A stretch of DNA of 64,000 nt from an uncultured bacterium (GCA_938014335.1 CALLRP010000003.1:112614-176613); one strand, 5' to 3'; shown: positions 1 to 11,142, counted from the first letter of the stretch. The notes: generated by a model from the sequence alone, not told the origin. Translations and numbers: made by a program.

Positions 1-543
1 TCCCTTGTCTGAGGAATAGAATAAAATGCTACCGCAAGTATTATCCAGCCTACATACATAGCTAATAGACCCAATCCGAGGAATATAATAGAAACAGAAC
101 CCCAAAATACAATTGCTCCCGCCAAATTAAAAAGATTAATCCCCGTATACTGTCCCAAAAGGTCAAAACTTTGTCTGTATAAATATGCACTGATTACACA
201 TACCCCATAAAAAATAAAAATTGCAAAGATTATCCCTAATCCGAACATTGCCATTCGTGCATCTTCGCTCCCCTTAGATTCGGATATTAAAATTGCTGGA
301 ATAAGTGAACCCATCCCCATTATTAAAGCAACTATTATTCCAATAAAATTCAATATCCAACCAACAAGAAATTTATTAAATATGTATTTATTGTTATATA
401 ATTTAGAAAAATTATAGAGAGAGATAAGCAAGAGAAGAATGCCTGCTAAACGTAGCAGAAAACCAATATATGGAACAGGACTTAACAACATAAAAACGGT
501 TCCTAATAAACCGAAATTTCTTTCCTTATTTTCATTGTTCATA
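1..543 (-). CDS. Hypothetical polytopic membrane protein, partial (start codon at 541-543, 3' end beyond window start)
   Basis: Reverse-strand ATG at 543 with an open frame running to position 1 and no stop. Translation MNNENKERNFGLLGTVFMLLSPVPYIGFLLRLAGILLLLISLYNF... contains several hydrophobic TM-like segments. It is absent from the ORF track because no stop lies inside the window. Confidence 0.45.
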
Positions 544-691
544 AATTAAATCCTATTGTGAACTTTATTTTGTAAATTCTTGTATACATAGGGGAAAATA
601 CAATGTCAAGAAAAAAACTAAAATTTATATTGATTCCTTTTTTTCAATATAATATAGAAGCAAAAAAACAATTTGTATAAGGAGTTCTGTT

Positions 692-1306
692 TTGGAAGTT
701 AAAGTTTATGAAATCACACTGTTTTTAGTAAATACTTATATTTTGATTGATAATGGGGAAGCCATTGTCATTGACCCCGGAGAAGCGAATCCACGACTGA
801 TTAAAGATTTGGAAAAATTAAATGTAAAGGCGGTTATAAACACGCATTGTCATATTGACCATTGCGGAGGAAATGCCAGCGTTTGTAAAGCAACCTCCGC
901 ACCTTTACTTATGCATCCGGAAAGTGAGGTTGTTTTGCAAACACTGGGGCAACAAGCATTGTTATTTGGTGTTCCCTTCCAGGCATCCCCTCCCCCGAAT
1001 GATTATCTACAAGAAGGAGACGAGATTAAAGTGGGTAATTTAACATTAAAAGTATTATATACTCCGGGTCATGCACCGGGACATATCTCCCTCGCAGGCG
1101 ATGGTTTTGTTTTTGTAGGAGATGTTCTATTTCAAGGTTCTATTGGTCGTACTGATTTGCCGGGGGGTGATTTTCAAACATTACTATCCTCCATAAAAAA
1201 CAAATTATTTCTGTTACCTGATAATACTGTTGTCTATTCAGGGCATGGTCCCGCAACTACTATAGGAGAAGAACGGAAATACAATCCTTTCGTAGGAGAA
1301 TATTAA
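692..1306 (+). CDS. MBL-fold metallo-hydrolase (glyoxalase II / hydroxyacylglutathione hydrolase-like)
   Basis: Contains the HCHIDHCGG (HxHxDH) metallo-beta-lactamase motif plus downstream His/Asp ligands (TPGHAPGH, GDVLF, HGP). Size is 204 aa. Confidence 0.85.
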   Translation: MEVKVYEITLFLVNTYILIDNGEAIVIDPGEANPRLIKDLEKLNVKAVINTHCHIDHCGGNASVCKATSAPLLMHPESEVVLQTLGQQALLFGVPFQASPPPNDYLQEGDEIKVGNLTLKVLYTPGHAPGHISLAGDGFVFVGDVLFQGSIGRTDLPGGDFQTLLSSIKNKLFLLPDNTVVYSGHGPATTIGEERKYNPFVGEY

Positions 1307-1316
1307 GGAAAAGTTC

Positions 1317-4187
1317 ATGTTATATTTTGCCATGCTATGCTTCATATCTATTTCAAGTGCGATACCTTTCCATGTAAGCCTCGCTCCAGACCAATTAATA
1401 CCCCTCACATATACCAATGAGCCTCTTATTGTAAGTGTATCGGGTCCTCCAAACACCTCTTTTGATATCGTTATTACCATTACAAAGCCCGATGGGGAAA
1501 CCATTACACAATTACGGGCCGATAAACCCGCTACATATCTAAATGGGAAATATTGGATTACGGTACCCGACTTGCCTACTACACGCGGATTTTTCATTGC
1601 GAACATCTCTATCAAATATAGAAATGAAGTTCAGGAATGGGAAATTCCTTTCTGTAGAATGGATAGAAATACAGATAAAGCAGGTTGCCCTTCCTTTACC
1701 ATACACAACCCCGATGAAACAGGGCTGTATCTCACACAAATATTAGGCATCAAAGAGGTATCTTTCGATAGTAACTTGCCTAATCTAAATGCCCTCGTAA
1801 AAAAAGCTGTTTCTTTGGGTGTGCGTGTTACAATTGCTTTCAATGTGGATAACCACCCCTCCCCTTTGGACATTTTCGAAGATTTAAACAATAAACTGGG
1901 TGGCCTGGTCAGCACCTGGGAAATAGAAGGGAATTATACTCCTGAGCAATTACGAAATTTTTATGAGTGTATACGAAAAACAAAAGGTATTGCGATATTG
2001 CGGTCTTCATTTTCAAAAATTGAATTTTTACCTAAAATACTTCCCTCCGTTCCAGAAGAAACCATAAATGAAATCTCATGGTCGGGACCGAATGTAACCA
2101 TAGAAGATTTGAAACAATTAAAGGACACTCTTATTTTACATAGAGGTGAAGGAACGCCCTTTTCAGTTCATTTTAATAAGGAAAACTTTTCTCAAAATCC
2201 CATTGAACAAATACAACAAATTTGGATTGGAAAATACGCTGGAGCCCATGTACTCACATTACCCTACACTGCTTTGATACAGGATGGAAAAGTTTCGCAA
2301 CTGACTTCTTTTCTTTGTGGAACCACTCGTGTATGGACAGACGGAATAGAACCTTTGGGATGGTATCAGTATTCAGAAACATCAAAAGCATTTGTTTTCC
2401 AGTCATTGCCTCATTGGATTATGGTATTTTGGGGTACAGGACCTATCACACTTTCAGGAGAAGGTCTGGCAACAACACAATTCTTTGATTGTTACGGCAA
2501 CCCTTCTACACTCCCACAAGTCAATGACAATTCCTTTTTATTAGACGACAAACCTTATCCCCAGTATTTATTAGGAAATGCTTATGAAGTTCTTTACATA
2601 ACTGCTGTAAACGAGTTAAAGTCTATCTCGAAGGAATTAAGCCTCGATGAATTTTCTACATTCAAAAATCCTGTGATAACAGAAGCTATAAAATTTATTG
2701 CACAAGATCCGAAAAACAACCAGAACCGTGTTCATATATTAAATCTATTCCGTGAATTGCCCCGTCTGGAAGGACAAAAAGCAGAAACTTATGAGGCACA
2801 GGCACAAAAAAGACTTTTTATTGCCAAACTTTCTGATTTCCTACGACGGGTGTGCATTACAGAGCAATATCGGGGAGAACCTTTCCGTGAACCATTACTG
2901 GATATTATTGCCCGCAGTGAAGAACATCTTACCGAATATCTAACCGGTTCCTCATCTTCCTCAGAAAAAGATTCCCGAGCTAACTGGATATTAGAAGAGG
3001 TGCACCGTCTTATTGACCGCGCTGGGAAAGCGACCTCCAATGGGAAACGAATTGAAGCAGTAGGTTTGGCATATCTTGCAGAAAGTCGGGCTCAATCGTT
3101 GGATTCTCTCAAACAAAATCCATTAACCAAGCCCGATATGAATAAATCCACTCCCCCTGCAACAACTATAATTGCCAAAAAAGAAGAAAAAGGAACCGCT
3201 ACCTCTTCAATCTCAACGCCTTCACAGACAACGGTAAAACAAGAACTTCCAAAAGTCCCTTCGGAAAAGGGGCCCGAAACTAAAACTACAGGACCTGTGG
3301 AACATACCGTAAAACGAGGGGAAACAATTTCTTCTATTTGTAAACTTTACGGTATCACGGAAGAAGAATTTTGTGCATGGAATGGGGTGCGTAAAGGGGC
3401 AACATTAAAAACAGGGAAGGTATACAAAATTCAAACGGTAAGAAGCCACAAAACAACCGAAACAAAGCCCACAGAACCAGCTACCCCTACACCCAAATGG
3501 GAAGGCACAGAATATATTGTTCAGGCAGGCGATTATCCGGGATTAATTGCTCAAAAATTAGGTGTCTCCACAGCAGATTTACTCAAAGCAAATAATTTGA
3601 CAGAAAAATCGAAACTAAAGATAGGTCAAAAACTAAAATTTCCCGGTGCTAAACCCCGAGAAGAAAAACCTATTGAAGCCCCTTCTCCAGAGAAAGAAAA
3701 ACCTACTGAGAAAGTGTCGGAAACACCCCAAACAACTATTCCAACACCCATAACAGAAATGAGGGAAATACCTTCCGATGGAGACATTAAAATCTACAAA
3801 TTAAATCCAGGAGATACCCCCGCTATTGTTGCCAAAAAATGGGGTGTTTCTGTACAAACATTAATGGAATACAATGGTATTAAAGACCCAACAAAATTAC
3901 GAGCAGGACAGGAATTGAAAATACCAATATCTAAATCCGAAAAAAGTCTTCCGCAACCTGTGGAAGTCCCCACACAAAAAGAAGATAAACCCCAAGAAAC
4001 TACTGCGGAGAAGGAAAAAACTCCGGAACCCACAATACATATTGTTGCTAAAGGGGATAATCCTTATACTATCAGCAAAAAATATGGTGTTCCTTTAGAA
4101 TCTCTATTACAAGCCAATAACCTAACTCCAAACTCCACCCTCCACATTGGCCAGAAACTTATTATACCAAGCAAGAAAACCGAATGA
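1317..4187 (+). CDS. Secreted LysM-repeat protein (N-terminal ~620-aa unknown domain plus four C-terminal LysM peptidoglycan-binding repeats separated by P/T/E/K-rich linkers)
   Basis: N-terminal hydrophobic signal-like segment. Four LysM-type repeats: HTVKRGETISSICKLYGITEEEFCAWNG, YIVQAGDYPGLIAQKLGVSTADLLKANNL, YKLNPGDTPAIVAKKWGVSVQTLMEYNGI and HIVAKGDNPYTISKKYGVPLESLLQANNL. An RBS-like aaggaaaag lies 4 nt upstream of the ATG, immediately after the MBL gene stop. Confidence 0.8.
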   Translation: MLYFAMLCFISISSAIPFHVSLAPDQLIPLTYTNEPLIVSVSGPPNTSFDIVITITKPDGETITQLRADKPATYLNGKYWITVPDLPTTRGFFIANISIKYRNEVQEWEIPFCRMDRNTDKAGCPSFTIHNPDETGLYLTQILGIKEVSFDSNLPNLNALVKKAVSLGVRVTIAFNVDNHPSPLDIFEDLNNKLGGLVSTWEIEGNYTPEQLRNFYECIRKTKGIAILRSSFSKIEFLPKILPSVPEETINEISWSGPNVTIEDLKQLKDTLILHRGEGTPFSVHFNKENFSQNPIEQIQQIWIGKYAGAHVLTLPYTALIQDGKVSQLTSFLCGTTRVWTDGIEPLGWYQYSETSKAFVFQSLPHWIMVFWGTGPITLSGEGLATTQFFDCYGNPSTLPQVNDNSFLLDDKPYPQYLLGNAYEVLYITAVNELKSISKELSLDEFSTFKNPVITEAIKFIAQDPKNNQNRVHILNLFRELPRLEGQKAETYEAQAQKRLFIAKLSDFLRRVCITEQYRGEPFREPLLDIIARSEEHLTEYLTGSSSSSEKDSRANWILEEVHRLIDRAGKATSNGKRIEAVGLAYLAESRAQSLDSLKQNPLTKPDMNKSTPPATTIIAKKEEKGTATSSISTPSQTTVKQELPKVPSEKGPETKTTGPVEHTVKRGETISSICKLYGITEEEFCAWNGVRKGATLKTGKVYKIQTVRSHKTTETKPTEPATPTPKWEGTEYIVQAGDYPGLIAQKLGVSTADLLKANNLTEKSKLKIGQKLKFPGAKPREEKPIEAPSPEKEKPTEKVSETPQTTIPTPITEMREIPSDGDIKIYKLNPGDTPAIVAKKWGVSVQTLMEYNGIKDPTKLRAGQELKIPISKSEKSLPQPVEVPTQKEDKPQETTAEKEKTPEPTIHIVAKGDNPYTISKKYGVPLESLLQANNLTPNSTLHIGQKLIIPSKKTE

Positions 4188-4339
4188 TAAAATTTGTCAT
4201 AATAGTAAGCATATTCGGGGTAAAACTCATATAGGGCTAATACATAAAATATTGAATTTTATTTTTATTATTATTTATGATGGGGTATTATCTTTTAATA
4301 CTTTTTTAGAATACCCATTAAAAATCAGGCAGGAGAATT

Positions 4340-5164
4340 ATGAAAACTAATAATAAAATCATTTATAAAGATGGAATTAAAGGTGTTATCTGTGATTGGG
4401 CAGGGACGACAGTTGATTTTGGGTCGCTCTCACCCGTCTCTGCTTTCGAGGATGCTTTTAAAGATTTTGGATTTGAGGTTACTCGTGATGAAATACGGCG
4501 TTTTATGGGAATGTATAAGAGAGACCATACCCGAGAATTATTAAACTTTACAAAAGAGCGTTTTTATGAACAGTTCGGCTATTACCCTACCGAAGAAACT
4601 GTAGATGCTATATACAGTAAATTCGAGCCGTCTTTATTGAATTGCGTAAGAAAATATAGCAACCCTATCCGAGGAACAGTTGAATTTACTCAGGAGGTTC
4701 ATAAAAGAGGCTGGAAATTAGGTTCGACTACGGGTTATACAGAAGCAATGATGAAAATCGTTGTAGAAGAAGCACAAGCACATGGCTACAACCCTGATTA
4801 TTGGACCGTTCCGAAAAAAGATGTTCCCGGTAGACCTTTCCCTTTCATGATCTATGAAAATGCCACGAGATTAAACATGTATCCCATGTGTGCCATTGTA
4901 AAAATTGGTGATACCGTCAGTGATATTCAAGAAGCACACAATGCGGGTTGTTGGAGTGTCGGCGTAGTTATTAGTGGAAATGAATTGGGATTATCGGAAG
5001 AAGAGATTGAACTGATGGACCCTGTGATATTAAAAGAAAAAATGGAACATGCCTACAAAGTATTTCAAGATGCAGGTGCTCACTATGTAATTGATGGTAT
5101 TTGGGATGCCTTACCCATTCTTGAAGAAATTGACCAGAGAATACGAGTAGGCGAACAACCGTAA
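4340..5164 (+). CDS. phnX: Phosphonoacetaldehyde hydrolase (phosphonatase, HAD superfamily)
   Basis: N-terminal [13 protein letters not shown] motif I. Strong overall resemblance to PhnX ([16 protein letters not shown]). Confidence 0.85.
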   Translation: MKTNNKIIYKDGIKGVICDWAGTTVDFGSLSPVSAFEDAFKDFGFEVTRDEIRRFMGMYKRDHTRELLNFTKERFYEQFGYYPTEETVDAIYSKFEPSLLNCVRKYSNPIRGTVEFTQEVHKRGWKLGSTTGYTEAMMKIVVEEAQAHGYNPDYWTVPKKDVPGRPFPFMIYENATRLNMYPMCAIVKIGDTVSDIQEAHNAGCWSVGVVISGNELGLSEEEIELMDPVILKEKMEHAYKVFQDAGAHYVIDGIWDALPILEEIDQRIRVGEQP

Positions 5165-5177
5165 AAGGGGATTAACA

Positions 5178-6317
5178 ATGGATATAAATTTAAGTAATAA
5201 ACCATTTGATTATTATTTCATTCCGGATAATCCCTATCTTTTACTTACACCAGGTCCTTTAAGCACAAGCAAGAGTGTGCGAACCGTATTACTTCGTGAC
5301 TGGTGCACCTGGGATGATGATTACAACTCCATTGTACAGGAGATTCGTGCAGAATTAGTGCGATTAGCAACATCAAAAAGCGGTTATACATCCGTGCTTA
5401 TGCAAGGAAGTGGAACCTTCTCCGTGGAGTCTACTATTGGCACCATGATGCCTAAAGAAAATGGAAAATTGTTGGTATTAACTAACGGTGCGTATGGTGA
5501 ACGAATAGGTCAAATAACAAAATATTTAAATATTCCCTGTGTTATTCATAATAGCGGGGAATTACATATTCCCGATTTGGAGCGTTTGGAACAAGAGTTA
5601 AAGCAGGACTCATCCATCACCCATGTCGCAGTTGTACACTGCGAAACCACCACAGGTATTCTTAATCCTGTGGCAGAAATTGGACGAATAGTAAAACAAT
5701 ACCCTAAAATCTTTTTCGTGGATGCGATGAGTAGTTTTGGGGGGATACCTTTTGATGTAGCTGAAATTCATGCGGATTTTTTAGTTTCCAGCGCCAATAA
5801 ATGTATTCAGGGGGTACCGGGATTCGGTTTCATCATCGCACGAACCGAAGAACTTCAAAAATGCGCCCATAATGCTCGTTCGTTAAGTTTAGATGCTTAT
5901 GCCCAGTGGATAGAAATGGAAAAAGGCAAGGGAAAATGGCGATTTACCTCTCCCACACATACAGTACGTGCTTTTAAGCAAGCACTCGTCGAACTTCAAG
6001 AAGAAGGGGGTATCCCAGCACGATATAAACGCTACTCCGAAAATCACAAAATATTAGTAGAAGGTATGGAACAATTAGGATTTGAGACCGTAATCAAAAA
6101 AGAATGGCAAAGTCCAATAATCACTTCATTCCATAGCCCTAAATCAGAAAAGTACCAATTTAAAAAATTTTATGAATTACTAAAATCAAAAGGGTTTGTT
6201 ATCTATCCCGGAAAACTCACAGGTTTAGATGCTTTCCGTATAGGAAACATAGGACATATATTCCCTGACGATATACGAAACCTGCTCGCGGCAATAAAAA
6301 CAGCAATATTCTGGTAG
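5178..6317 (+). CDS. phnW: 2-aminoethylphosphonate--pyruvate transaminase
   Basis: Class V aminotransferase with the [18 protein letters not shown]-lysine region typical of PhnW. Lies immediately downstream of phnX. Confidence 0.85.
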   Translation: MDINLSNKPFDYYFIPDNPYLLLTPGPLSTSKSVRTVLLRDWCTWDDDYNSIVQEIRAELVRLATSKSGYTSVLMQGSGTFSVESTIGTMMPKENGKLLVLTNGAYGERIGQITKYLNIPCVIHNSGELHIPDLERLEQELKQDSSITHVAVVHCETTTGILNPVAEIGRIVKQYPKIFFVDAMSSFGGIPFDVAEIHADFLVSSANKCIQGVPGFGFIIARTEELQKCAHNARSLSLDAYAQWIEMEKGKGKWRFTSPTHTVRAFKQALVELQEEGGIPARYKRYSENHKILVEGMEQLGFETVIKKEWQSPIITSFHSPKSEKYQFKKFYELLKSKGFVIYPGKLTGLDAFRIGNIGHIFPDDIRNLLAAIKTAIFW

Positions 6318-6351
6318 AAATGGGGAAACATTACCCTATAGCATAGTCTCT

Positions 6352-7149
6352 TTATCTCAATCCCAATACATTCATCATGTCATATAAGCCGGGTTCACGG
6401 TTATAGATGAATTTTCCCGCAAGGAGTGCACCCCGTGCGAAATTATCCCGATTGTGAGCAATGTGAGTAAGCTGTAACCGTTCTCCATGTCCGATGAAAT
6501 AGACCGTATGTTCCCCGACCACATCACCTCCTCGCACGGCTAATATGCCAATTTCATCTTTTTTTCGAGGTCCTATAACCCCTTCTCTTCCATAAACCGC
6601 ATGGGATTGTAAATTTAAGTGCAATCCGTCTGCTACTTCCTTTGCCAATCGCAAGGCGGTTCCACTGGGACTGTCTTTCTTCTGATTATGATGTATCTCT
6701 ACAATTTCTACATTGTAATCCAGTCCTAAACATTCTGCCACCTGTTTAACTAAACAGAATAAGAGATTCACTCCTACACTCATATTCGGAGCATAGACAA
6801 TAGGTATCTGTTTTGCACATTCTTGCAAGATTTTTTCCTGTTCCGCAGATAATCCCGTGGTACCTATTACGATTCCTTTTTTTAATTCACATGCAATTTG
6901 AACATGATGTATTGAAGAAGCCGGTTGTGTAAAATCTATTAATAGATCTGCTTTTTGTAACTCTGTCTGTGCATCGGCTCCTAATGTAATCCCTTTCGGT
7001 GTTGATCTTTCTCCACCATAAGAAACAAACCGTCCTGCAAATTCAGGCAAATCGAATGCACCACACACCTGAACATCTTCTTCCCAACCGGAGACTTCCA
7101 GTATTCTTCGGCCCATCTTGCCTAATGCACCTGCCACACAAATCCGCAT
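6352..7149 (-). CDS. dapB: 4-hydroxy-tetrahydrodipicolinate reductase
   Basis: MRICVAGALGKMGRR N-terminal NAD(P)-binding motif. Length and central EIHHNQKKDSPSGTA motif are typical of DapB. Confidence 0.9.
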   Translation of the reverse strand: MRICVAGALGKMGRRILEVSGWEEDVQVCGAFDLPEFAGRFVSYGGERSTPKGITLGADAQTELQKADLLIDFTQPASSIHHVQIACELKKGIVIGTTGLSAEQEKILQECAKQIPIVYAPNMSVGVNLLFCLVKQVAECLGLDYNVEIVEIHHNQKKDSPSGTALRLAKEVADGLHLNLQSHAVYGREGVIGPRKKDEIGILAVRGGDVVGEHTVYFIGHGERLQLTHIAHNRDNFARGALLAGKFIYNREPGLYDMMNVLGLR

Positions 7150-7187
7150 AAATATTCTCCTTTACTATTGATAAAAAAGTTATGAAA

Positions 7188-7847
7188 TCAATTAGCCCAA
7201 ATGGGAGTAGATGCTAAAAATACTTGCCCTATAAAATATAATGGACCCCCAATAAGAAAATTCCATCTATCTGCAGTTTTAAATCGGTCGCGGGCAACAA
7301 AAATATCCGACACATAAAATATAAATGCGCCGAGGGGTAAATTCCACAATCCTCCGTATGCCCATGCCCCTATAGCTAAGGACAACATACAGCTGATAAT
7401 AATCATATAAATATATACCGGTATTCGCATGGGTCCTAAATTAGGATTTAACCAGTATCCAATGGCTATGGCTGGAACAATACATATACCCATAGCCGAA
7501 ATGGTCAAATACCAATCTACTTTCGCAAAAATGAACGCAACAATGTAACATACATGAGCAAGTAAAAAAGAAACCAGTCCTAAAAGAAATATAACCGAAG
7601 TCCTGGATAGTAAAAACAAGTCACCCCACCAAGAACATACCAAACCAATAATAATCCATATCATTGTAAGGTGAAGTTCCAGAGGTACATCATAATACCA
7701 ATATGATGAAAAAGCAATGTACAAGAAACAATTGGATGCCATCATCTTTCCGATGGCTCTTATCAATGCCTTCTTTTTATATTCACCATATAAACACAGT
7801 GATAAAAAGAAAGTCATGGCAATGATGGAAACAATAAAATGTTGCAT
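7188..7847 (-). CDS. YhhN-family (lysoplasmalogenase-like) integral membrane protein
   Basis: 219 aa with 7-8 predicted TM helices. Composition and size match the YhhN/TMEM86 family. Same strand as dapB, 39 nt away. Confidence 0.55.
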   Translation of the reverse strand: MQHFIVSIIAMTFFLSLCLYGEYKKKALIRAIGKMMASNCFLYIAFSSYWYYDVPLELHLTMIWIIIGLVCSWWGDLFLLSRTSVIFLLGLVSFLLAHVCYIVAFIFAKVDWYLTISAMGICIVPAIAIGYWLNPNLGPMRIPVYIYMIIISCMLSLAIGAWAYGGLWNLPLGAFIFYVSDIFVARDRFKTADRWNFLIGGPLYFIGQVFLASTPIWAN

Positions 7848-7978
7848 TTATCTCTACTCCTTTAATTTACAGAGGGAATAATTTCTCTGATTGTAAAACA
7901 AAAACACAATATATAACAAAAAAAGTGGAATTATATCTAATTATAAAATACCGAACATCTCCATCTGCATGGAAAAAA

Positions 7979-8083
7979 TCAACCGCGTATTTTCATAATG
8001 ATGATAACCAATATCACCGGAATCAGAACTGCAATGGTCCACTTATTCTCGATGACAAATTGGATAATTGTACCAATATCCAT
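7979..8083 (-). CDS. Candidate 34-aa single-TM small membrane peptide (MDIGTIIQFVIENKWTIAVLIPVILVIIIMKIRG)
   Basis: ATG lies 11 nt after the stop of the upstream zinc-ribbon gene. An aagga RBS overlaps that stop codon. The peptide is a hydrophobic helix ending in KIRG. Below the ORF-track size cutoff. Confidence 0.25.
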   Translation of the reverse strand: MDIGTIIQFVIENKWTIAVLIPVILVIIIMKIRG

Positions 8084-8093
8084 AGAGAATTCC

Positions 8094-8888
8094 TTATCTT
8101 AAACCCAAAAAGATTCCTATTCCAATAGCAATAAGAGAAAAGAGTATCCCCGGAATGCACATAAACCGATTAAAGGTACTTTCCTCTCTCTGGAATAGTC
8201 CGTAACCATTCCAGAATATGGACCCGCCCGCTAATAGAATGACCACATATGAGAAAAATGAAGGGAAAAAAGGGGATTGACTGTTTTTCACTAACGGTAT
8301 CGAAAGGATAAAAGCAAGTAATGAACCGATTAAACCACTAATCCACATAGGTGTCGGTTTCGGCGAACTTGCTGTAAGTATACGAAATTCATTCGGGTCA
8401 TCACTCGGTTTTCGTTTCAAATGTTTATACCCAGTCTCAGGGGGCTCCTCTTTTGCTTGAGCTTCTGCACTTATTGCGAATGGGTTTGCAATAATATTTT
8501 TTTCTTCTGCATTTATTTCTATATCGAACGACCCTTTTTTCTCCCCTCTTTTTACCTCTGCCTCAGGCTCATCCGAAACTTTTATACGAACATCTCCCAA
8601 TTCTGATGTTAAATCCTCAAAACTTAATGATACTTTTTCCTCTCTCTTTTCTGGGATATTCGGAACAAAGGGCTTGGTTTTTTCAGGTGAAGGGGGAACC
8701 GCTATATTTGGCTTCGAAACCACACAAGAGCGACAAGCGATTTTGCCATCCGGTAATCGAACCAGATGTGACCTACATATTGGTTTCTGACAGGATGGAC
8801 ATAAAACCCCACAGGTTTTGCAAACTACATTACCACAAATAGAACATTTTGCCACGGCTTGATTTTTATTACAAACAGAACAATTCAT
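8094..8888 (-). CDS. Double zinc-ribbon (B-box-like) N-terminal domain protein with C-terminal 3-TM anchor
   Basis: N-terminal CxxC...CxxC...CxxC...CxxC array (CSVCN...CSICG...CKTCG...CPSCQ...CRSC), an acidic/K-rich linker, and C-terminal hydrophobic helices. Confidence 0.6.
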   Translation of the reverse strand: MNCSVCNKNQAVAKCSICGNVVCKTCGVLCPSCQKPICRSHLVRLPDGKIACRSCVVSKPNIAVPPSPEKTKPFVPNIPEKREEKVSLSFEDLTSELGDVRIKVSDEPEAEVKRGEKKGSFDIEINAEEKNIIANPFAISAEAQAKEEPPETGYKHLKRKPSDDPNEFRILTASSPKPTPMWISGLIGSLLAFILSIPLVKNSQSPFFPSFFSYVVILLAGGSIFWNGYGLFQREESTFNRFMCIPGILFSLIAIGIGIFLGLR

Positions 8889-9010
8889 AACTGTCCTTCT
8901 ATCCTCTTTTTACTACGAAGCATAAAAATAAATATAAAATATTGTAATATTATCTCCACATCATATTAAAATAATATGTAATAACATTAAAAATTCAAGG
9001 GGAATTTTGG

Positions 9011-10312
9011 ATGAATATTTTTATTAAGAAATCTTTCCTTTTCATTCTTGTATTCTTATGTTCAGCCTGCCCAAAAGTTATTACCGTCCCGAATGTCGTC
9101 AATTATCCCGAAAATATAGCCATGGATGAACTTCACTCTGCGGGACTATATGTCATATCGGTATTGTATATGTACTCAGATGATGTCCCTGAAAATCGTG
9201 TAATAAGCCAGGACCCTATTGGAGGTTCAAAGGTTAACAGCAACACCAATATTACACTTGTAATCTCCCGAGGTTCGGATAAAGTAAGTGTCCCCTATAT
9301 CATTGGAGTACAACAAAAAAATGGGATTGAGATGCTACATCAATATTCCCTGCAGGTAGGAACTATTTCACGACAGTTTTCGGATACTTATCTCTTCGGA
9401 TATATCATTTCACAAGAGCCAAAATACGGGACTAAAGTGGTTCGAGGCAGTAAGGTTAATATTACCCTATCTTTAGGGAAAGCACCCGACCCTTATGGAC
9501 TGCGTCCTATTACTCGAGAAAAAGCAACCCAGATAGCCCATTATGTAAGAAAAACAAAAATTCGTTCTGACGACGGGACTCTTGTTCCCATCGCATGGTC
9601 TATGATCAACCAATCCTGTCAGGACCGAAGCCTTTTGCTTCAATATCTAATTGCTTCAGCACCGGACCCTCTTCCCGAAACAGAAAGGATACTGGAGCCA
9701 AATGATTTAACAGAAAATGCTATCCGCCAGATTGTTTTCCAACCCTATATAGATGTAGCGTCATTAAACATTACAGGACCTCTTATTGTCTTTCAGAATC
9801 TTATATCAACCAAAGACATTTCATTTCCTGATGACCCTCTCCATTTTTACTGGCCGTATCATCATGCCGTTGTGGTAAATGTCGAAGGAAATATATGTGT
9901 TATAGACCTCTCTCTTCAAGATGCTCCCATTCCTATCGGAGAATGGACTGCGAAACTAACCCATGAAACTACCTGCCAGGAGGTCAGCGAAAAAGAATAT
10001 TGGACCATATGGTCTTACTGGTTATCACTGATGAGTAATTGGACTCCCCAAGAAAACCCCGAAACACTTTGTGGTTATACAATTACTCCTATGTTAACTT
10101 TTCGTTCAGACCAGAGCCCACAGATACAGGGAGTAATAGATGCCTTACCCACCCTTGTCGTTCAAACTTATGCATTCCAATCATTGGTAATGGATACTTA
10201 TGGTTTTGAGTTATCTTTTGAAAGCATTCCTTTCATAACATCATTTTATACACCCGGGACCCTCGATGATTTATGTTCCTGGGTATCTTTCCTCTTCTGT
10301 CAAGAGGAGTAA
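9011..10312 (+). CDS. Lipoprotein with two tandem PASTA domains and a ~270-aa uncharacterised C-terminal domain
   Basis: Signal peptide with Cys (FLCSAC). Two ~70-aa PASTA-like repeats: VPNVVNYPENIAMDELHSAGL...ITLVISRG and VPYIIGVQQKNGIEMLHQYSL...ITLSLGK. The remainder has no recognisable motif. Confidence 0.6.
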   Translation: MNIFIKKSFLFILVFLCSACPKVITVPNVVNYPENIAMDELHSAGLYVISVLYMYSDDVPENRVISQDPIGGSKVNSNTNITLVISRGSDKVSVPYIIGVQQKNGIEMLHQYSLQVGTISRQFSDTYLFGYIISQEPKYGTKVVRGSKVNITLSLGKAPDPYGLRPITREKATQIAHYVRKTKIRSDDGTLVPIAWSMINQSCQDRSLLLQYLIASAPDPLPETERILEPNDLTENAIRQIVFQPYIDVASLNITGPLIVFQNLISTKDISFPDDPLHFYWPYHHAVVVNVEGNICVIDLSLQDAPIPIGEWTAKLTHETTCQEVSEKEYWTIWSYWLSLMSNWTPQENPETLCGYTITPMLTFRSDQSPQIQGVIDALPTLVVQTYAFQSLVMDTYGFELSFESIPFITSFYTPGTLDDLCSWVSFLFCQEE

Positions 10313-10374
10313 AATAGTACTTTTTTATAGTTATTTGTGTCGTCATAATGAAAGAATAATAAAGGAGTATTTTT

Positions 10375-11142
10375 GTGAGTTATCGCTGGATAATAAGTGA
10401 TATTGATGGGTGTCTTTCCCCGGAAACCTCCGAAGCATGGAACTGGGAACATTTCAAACAGTTAGCGGAATTTTTCCACACAAGGAGAAAGCAGGGGGCT
10501 TATCCTGTTCCGTTAATCTTATGTACCGGCAGACCTCAGCCGTATGTTGAAGTCTGGGCTAAAATTTTTGATTTACACGCACCGCTTGTGTGTGAAAATG
10601 GAGCGGTTATTTATACTTTAGAAGACAACACCTCCCGTTTCGGCCCCGGGGTTACACCTGAGAAAATTCAAGGATTACGTAATCTGCGTCTTTATATTGA
10701 AAAAGAACTTCTACCGAAACAACCCGAAGTGGTTTATCAATTTGGGAAAGAAGCCCAACTCTCTTTGTTCAGCAAGAAACCGGAATTATTTAGTAAAATG
10801 GTAGACGCCATCCACCAATTTGTAAAACAGCAAGGTGGACCCGAACTCCTTATCCAACCCAGTCATTACTATTTGAATATCTCACTTGCGGGAGTTAACA
10901 AAGGCGAAGCCATAAAATGGATATTAAACACATTAGGCTCCCATCGTAACGAAGCAGTAGGTATTGGAGATACCTTAGGCGACCTTGCCATCCGCGAACA
11001 AGTACATTACTTTGCCTGCCCTGCCAATGCTCATAAAGAAATAAAAGAATACGCTGATTATGTTTCTCCCTATCCCGACATTTTAGGCGTTCTGGACATC
11101 CTCCACCAACCCTCATTTATGTCGGTGTGGGCAACGGATTAA
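10375..11142 (+). CDS. HAD-IIB (Cof/sugar-phosphatase-type) hydrolase
   Basis: ISDIDGCL motif I, cap-domain length, and C-terminal GIGDTLGDL motif IV. Confidence 0.7.
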   Translation: MSYRWIISDIDGCLSPETSEAWNWEHFKQLAEFFHTRRKQGAYPVPLILCTGRPQPYVEVWAKIFDLHAPLVCENGAVIYTLEDNTSRFGPGVTPEKIQGLRNLRLYIEKELLPKQPEVVYQFGKEAQLSLFSKKPELFSKMVDAIHQFVKQQGGPELLIQPSHYYLNISLAGVNKGEAIKWILNTLGSHRNEAVGIGDTLGDLAIREQVHYFACPANAHKEIKEYADYVSPYPDILGVLDILHQPSFMSVWATD

